Shown here piece by piece: positions 51,637 through 53,285 of a DNA stretch of 53,285 bases. The notes below the pieces were generated by a model. The model saw only the letters and a list, made by a program, of their open reading frames with translations, had not been told where the DNA came from and searched no databases. The stretch comes from an uncultured Chloroflexia bacterium. Lineage in GTDB: Bacteria > Chloroflexota > Limnocylindria > Limnocylindrales > CSP1-4. The position numbers and the translations under genes are program-made. How positions within the stretch are numbered: position 1 is the first letter of the stretch; each line of letters starts with the position of its first letter. Location of the stretch: positions 1 to 53,285 of the forward strand of contig CAVQJC010000018.1 of the NCBI GenBank assembly GCA_963712745.1, read 5' to 3'.

Positions 51637-53097
51637 TCAGGTGAGCCGGTCGAGGATATCCGCGAGCGGGATGGCGGCGATGCCACTGCCCAGGTCGGAG
51701 AAGCCATACGGGATGACCAGGTCATCACCGTGGATCAGGCTGCCGCACGAGTAGACCACGTTGGGCACGTAGCCATCGCGCTCGTCCTCGGTGGGAACCA
51801 GCAGCGGCTCGTCGAGGTGGCCGATGACCCGCCGAGGGTCCTCGAGGTCGAGGAGGATCGCTCCGAGCGCGTAGCGGCGCATCGGACCGACGCCATGGGT
51901 GATGACCAGCCAGCCGGCCGCGGTCTCAAGCGGCGAGCCGCAATTGCCGAGCTGCATCAGCTCCCACGGACGCTCCGGCTGCTGGATCCGGATCGGGTCA
52001 TCCCAGTAGCGGACGTCATCGGAGAACATCAGGTAGTTGCTCTCGTTGTCCTGTCGCGAGAGGGCTGCGTAGCGCCCCCCGATCATCCGCGGGAAGAGGG
52101 CCATGCCCTTGTTGGTCGCCGCTTCGCCGTTGAGGGTGGCGACACGGAAGGTGCAGAAGTCAGCCGTCTCGATGAGCTGCGGCAGGATCTGGAAGCCGTC
52201 AAAGGCGGTGTAGACGGCGAAGTACAGGACCGTGCCATCCGCGTGGACGAAGCGCACGAAGCGAGCGTCCTCCATGCCCTGGCTCTCGGCCGGGCTGGAA
52301 GGGAAGATGACCCGCTCGGAGATGTGCGAACCTGCCGCGAACTCGATGGTGTAGTTGGATGCGGCGACCCAGTGGATGATCCGCGTCGTCTCATACGTCA
52401 CGGCCCGATCGATGCCGCCAGCATGCAGGTCGGCGATGGAGGTCTCGAGCTGAGCCAGCGTGAACTCGTCCGGCAGGGGATCGAGCACCAGGCCGGCGAT
52501 CTCGTTGAGCACGCCCAGCTCCTGCAGCTTCACCCGGAAGACGTGACGCTGATAGCGCGCCTCACGGCGCTCTCCGATGGAGGTGAAGGGACTCGGCTCG
52601 TCGATAGAGATGCGGCCACCCACGTCGATGACACCTGAGCGGAACTCGATCGAGGAGAGGTGTCCTTCACCGATCGCCCGCAGGCTCAGGATGAAGCGTT
52701 GCTCCCCCTCACGAAGACCGGTCTGGTCCGGGGCCGCGACGATGGACGGGTTTGAGAGCGCCGCGGCCTCGATCGAATACTCGTGCGTGAAGTAGGCGCC
52801 GATGAGGAGCCGCCGGTCCTGGGTCAGACCGTCAGAGCCATCGATCAGTCCGGCCACGGCCTCGTAGTTGCGCAGGAGATCACTCTCGAGCTCGGGGTGC
52901 CGGTCCGCGAACTGGGCCAACGTGGAGGTGAGCGTGACGGACGCTTCGGCCTCCGAGAGGCCCAGGACCCGGTCGATGACCTGGCGGGCTCGAGCGTGGC
53001 CATTCGAGGGGATGTGGGCACCGGGCATGAAGGGCTTGATGACCACTCGCCGAGCATCGGGATACAGGCGAACCTGCGTTCGGGTAACGGGTATCAC
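51637..53097 (-). CDS. GH130-family glycosidase/phosphorylase (long form)
   Basis: EYSIEAAALSNPS, EDARFV, NKGMALFP, LSRQD, GNCGSP, HGVG, GYVPNVVYSCG. Confidence 0.88.
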   Translation of the reverse strand: MIPVTRTQVRLYPDARRVVIKPFMPGAHIPSNGHARARQVIDRVLGLSEAEASVTLTSTLAQFADRHPELESDLLRNYEAVAGLIDGSDGLTQDRRLLIGAYFTHEYSIEAAALSNPSIVAAPDQTGLREGEQRFILSLRAIGEGHLSSIEFRSGVIDVGGRISIDEPSPFTSIGERREARYQRHVFRVKLQELGVLNEIAGLVLDPLPDEFTLAQLETSIADLHAGGIDRAVTYETTRIIHWVAASNYTIEFAAGSHISERVIFPSSPAESQGMEDARFVRFVHADGTVLYFAVYTAFDGFQILPQLIETADFCTFRVATLNGEAATNKGMALFPRMIGGRYAALSRQDNESNYLMFSDDVRYWDDPIRIQQPERPWELMQLGNCGSPLETAAGWLVITHGVGPMRRYALGAILLDLEDPRRVIGHLDEPLLVPTEDERDGYVPNVVYSCGSLIHGDDLVIPYGFSDLGSGIAAIPLADILDRLT

Positions 53098-53285
53098 GCT
53101 GGGTTTGAGAGCCCAGGTCCCCAAGGCGTGCCGCCACGGCCGTGCGCGTGTATCACGTGAAGAGCGTACGGCATCCGCCGCCGATGCGATAGGAGTCCCG
53201 TCCTGGTGCTGGACCGAGAGCCAGGCGAGCGGAGCCGGCGGGCTGTGGCCTGGTCCGGTTCTTGTCGGTGTCGGCTGACGTCTGG

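Overview
High-GC (roughly 68-70% by eye) bacterial chromosomal segment. GroEL style and gene content suggest a Chloroflexota/actinobacteria-like monoderm (inference only). No rRNA, tRNA, CRISPR array or transposase was seen. Left to right: (1) a membrane protein, pdxH, and a divergent DUF1295 / cyclopropane-synthase-like methyltransferase pair. (2) A ~16.5 kb uncharacterised catabolic island (4074-20583): nucleoside hydrolase, GntR, YnjB-like ABC importer, TIM-barrel isomerase, Zn dehydrogenase, class II aldolase, FGGY kinase, 2-hydroxyacid dehydrogenase, AcoAB-like TPP E1 without E2/E3 and a nucleoside phosphorylase, plus a divergent beta-hydroxyacid dehydrogenase and an atypical LarA. (3) A coupled PEP-utilising dikinase-like enzyme / HupE-UreJ / membrane protein operon facing a divergent-sequence PlsY-like gene. 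(4) A beta-1,3-glucan utilisation locus (ABC, LacI, GH16, GH149 phosphorylase, GH1) with a divergent SDR and ManD-like dehydratase. (5) A heliorhodopsin transcribed divergently from a second PlsY-like gene and coupled to an exported protein. (6) A decayed SARP/response-regulator region, an atypical orphan response regulator, CIRCE-less groESL with a divergent XRE regulator, a candidate structured leader RNA, and a GT4/six-hairpin/GT4/GH130 cluster. Several single-base frameshifts in otherwise intact genes look like long-read errors. All family calls come from motif recognition, not database searches.
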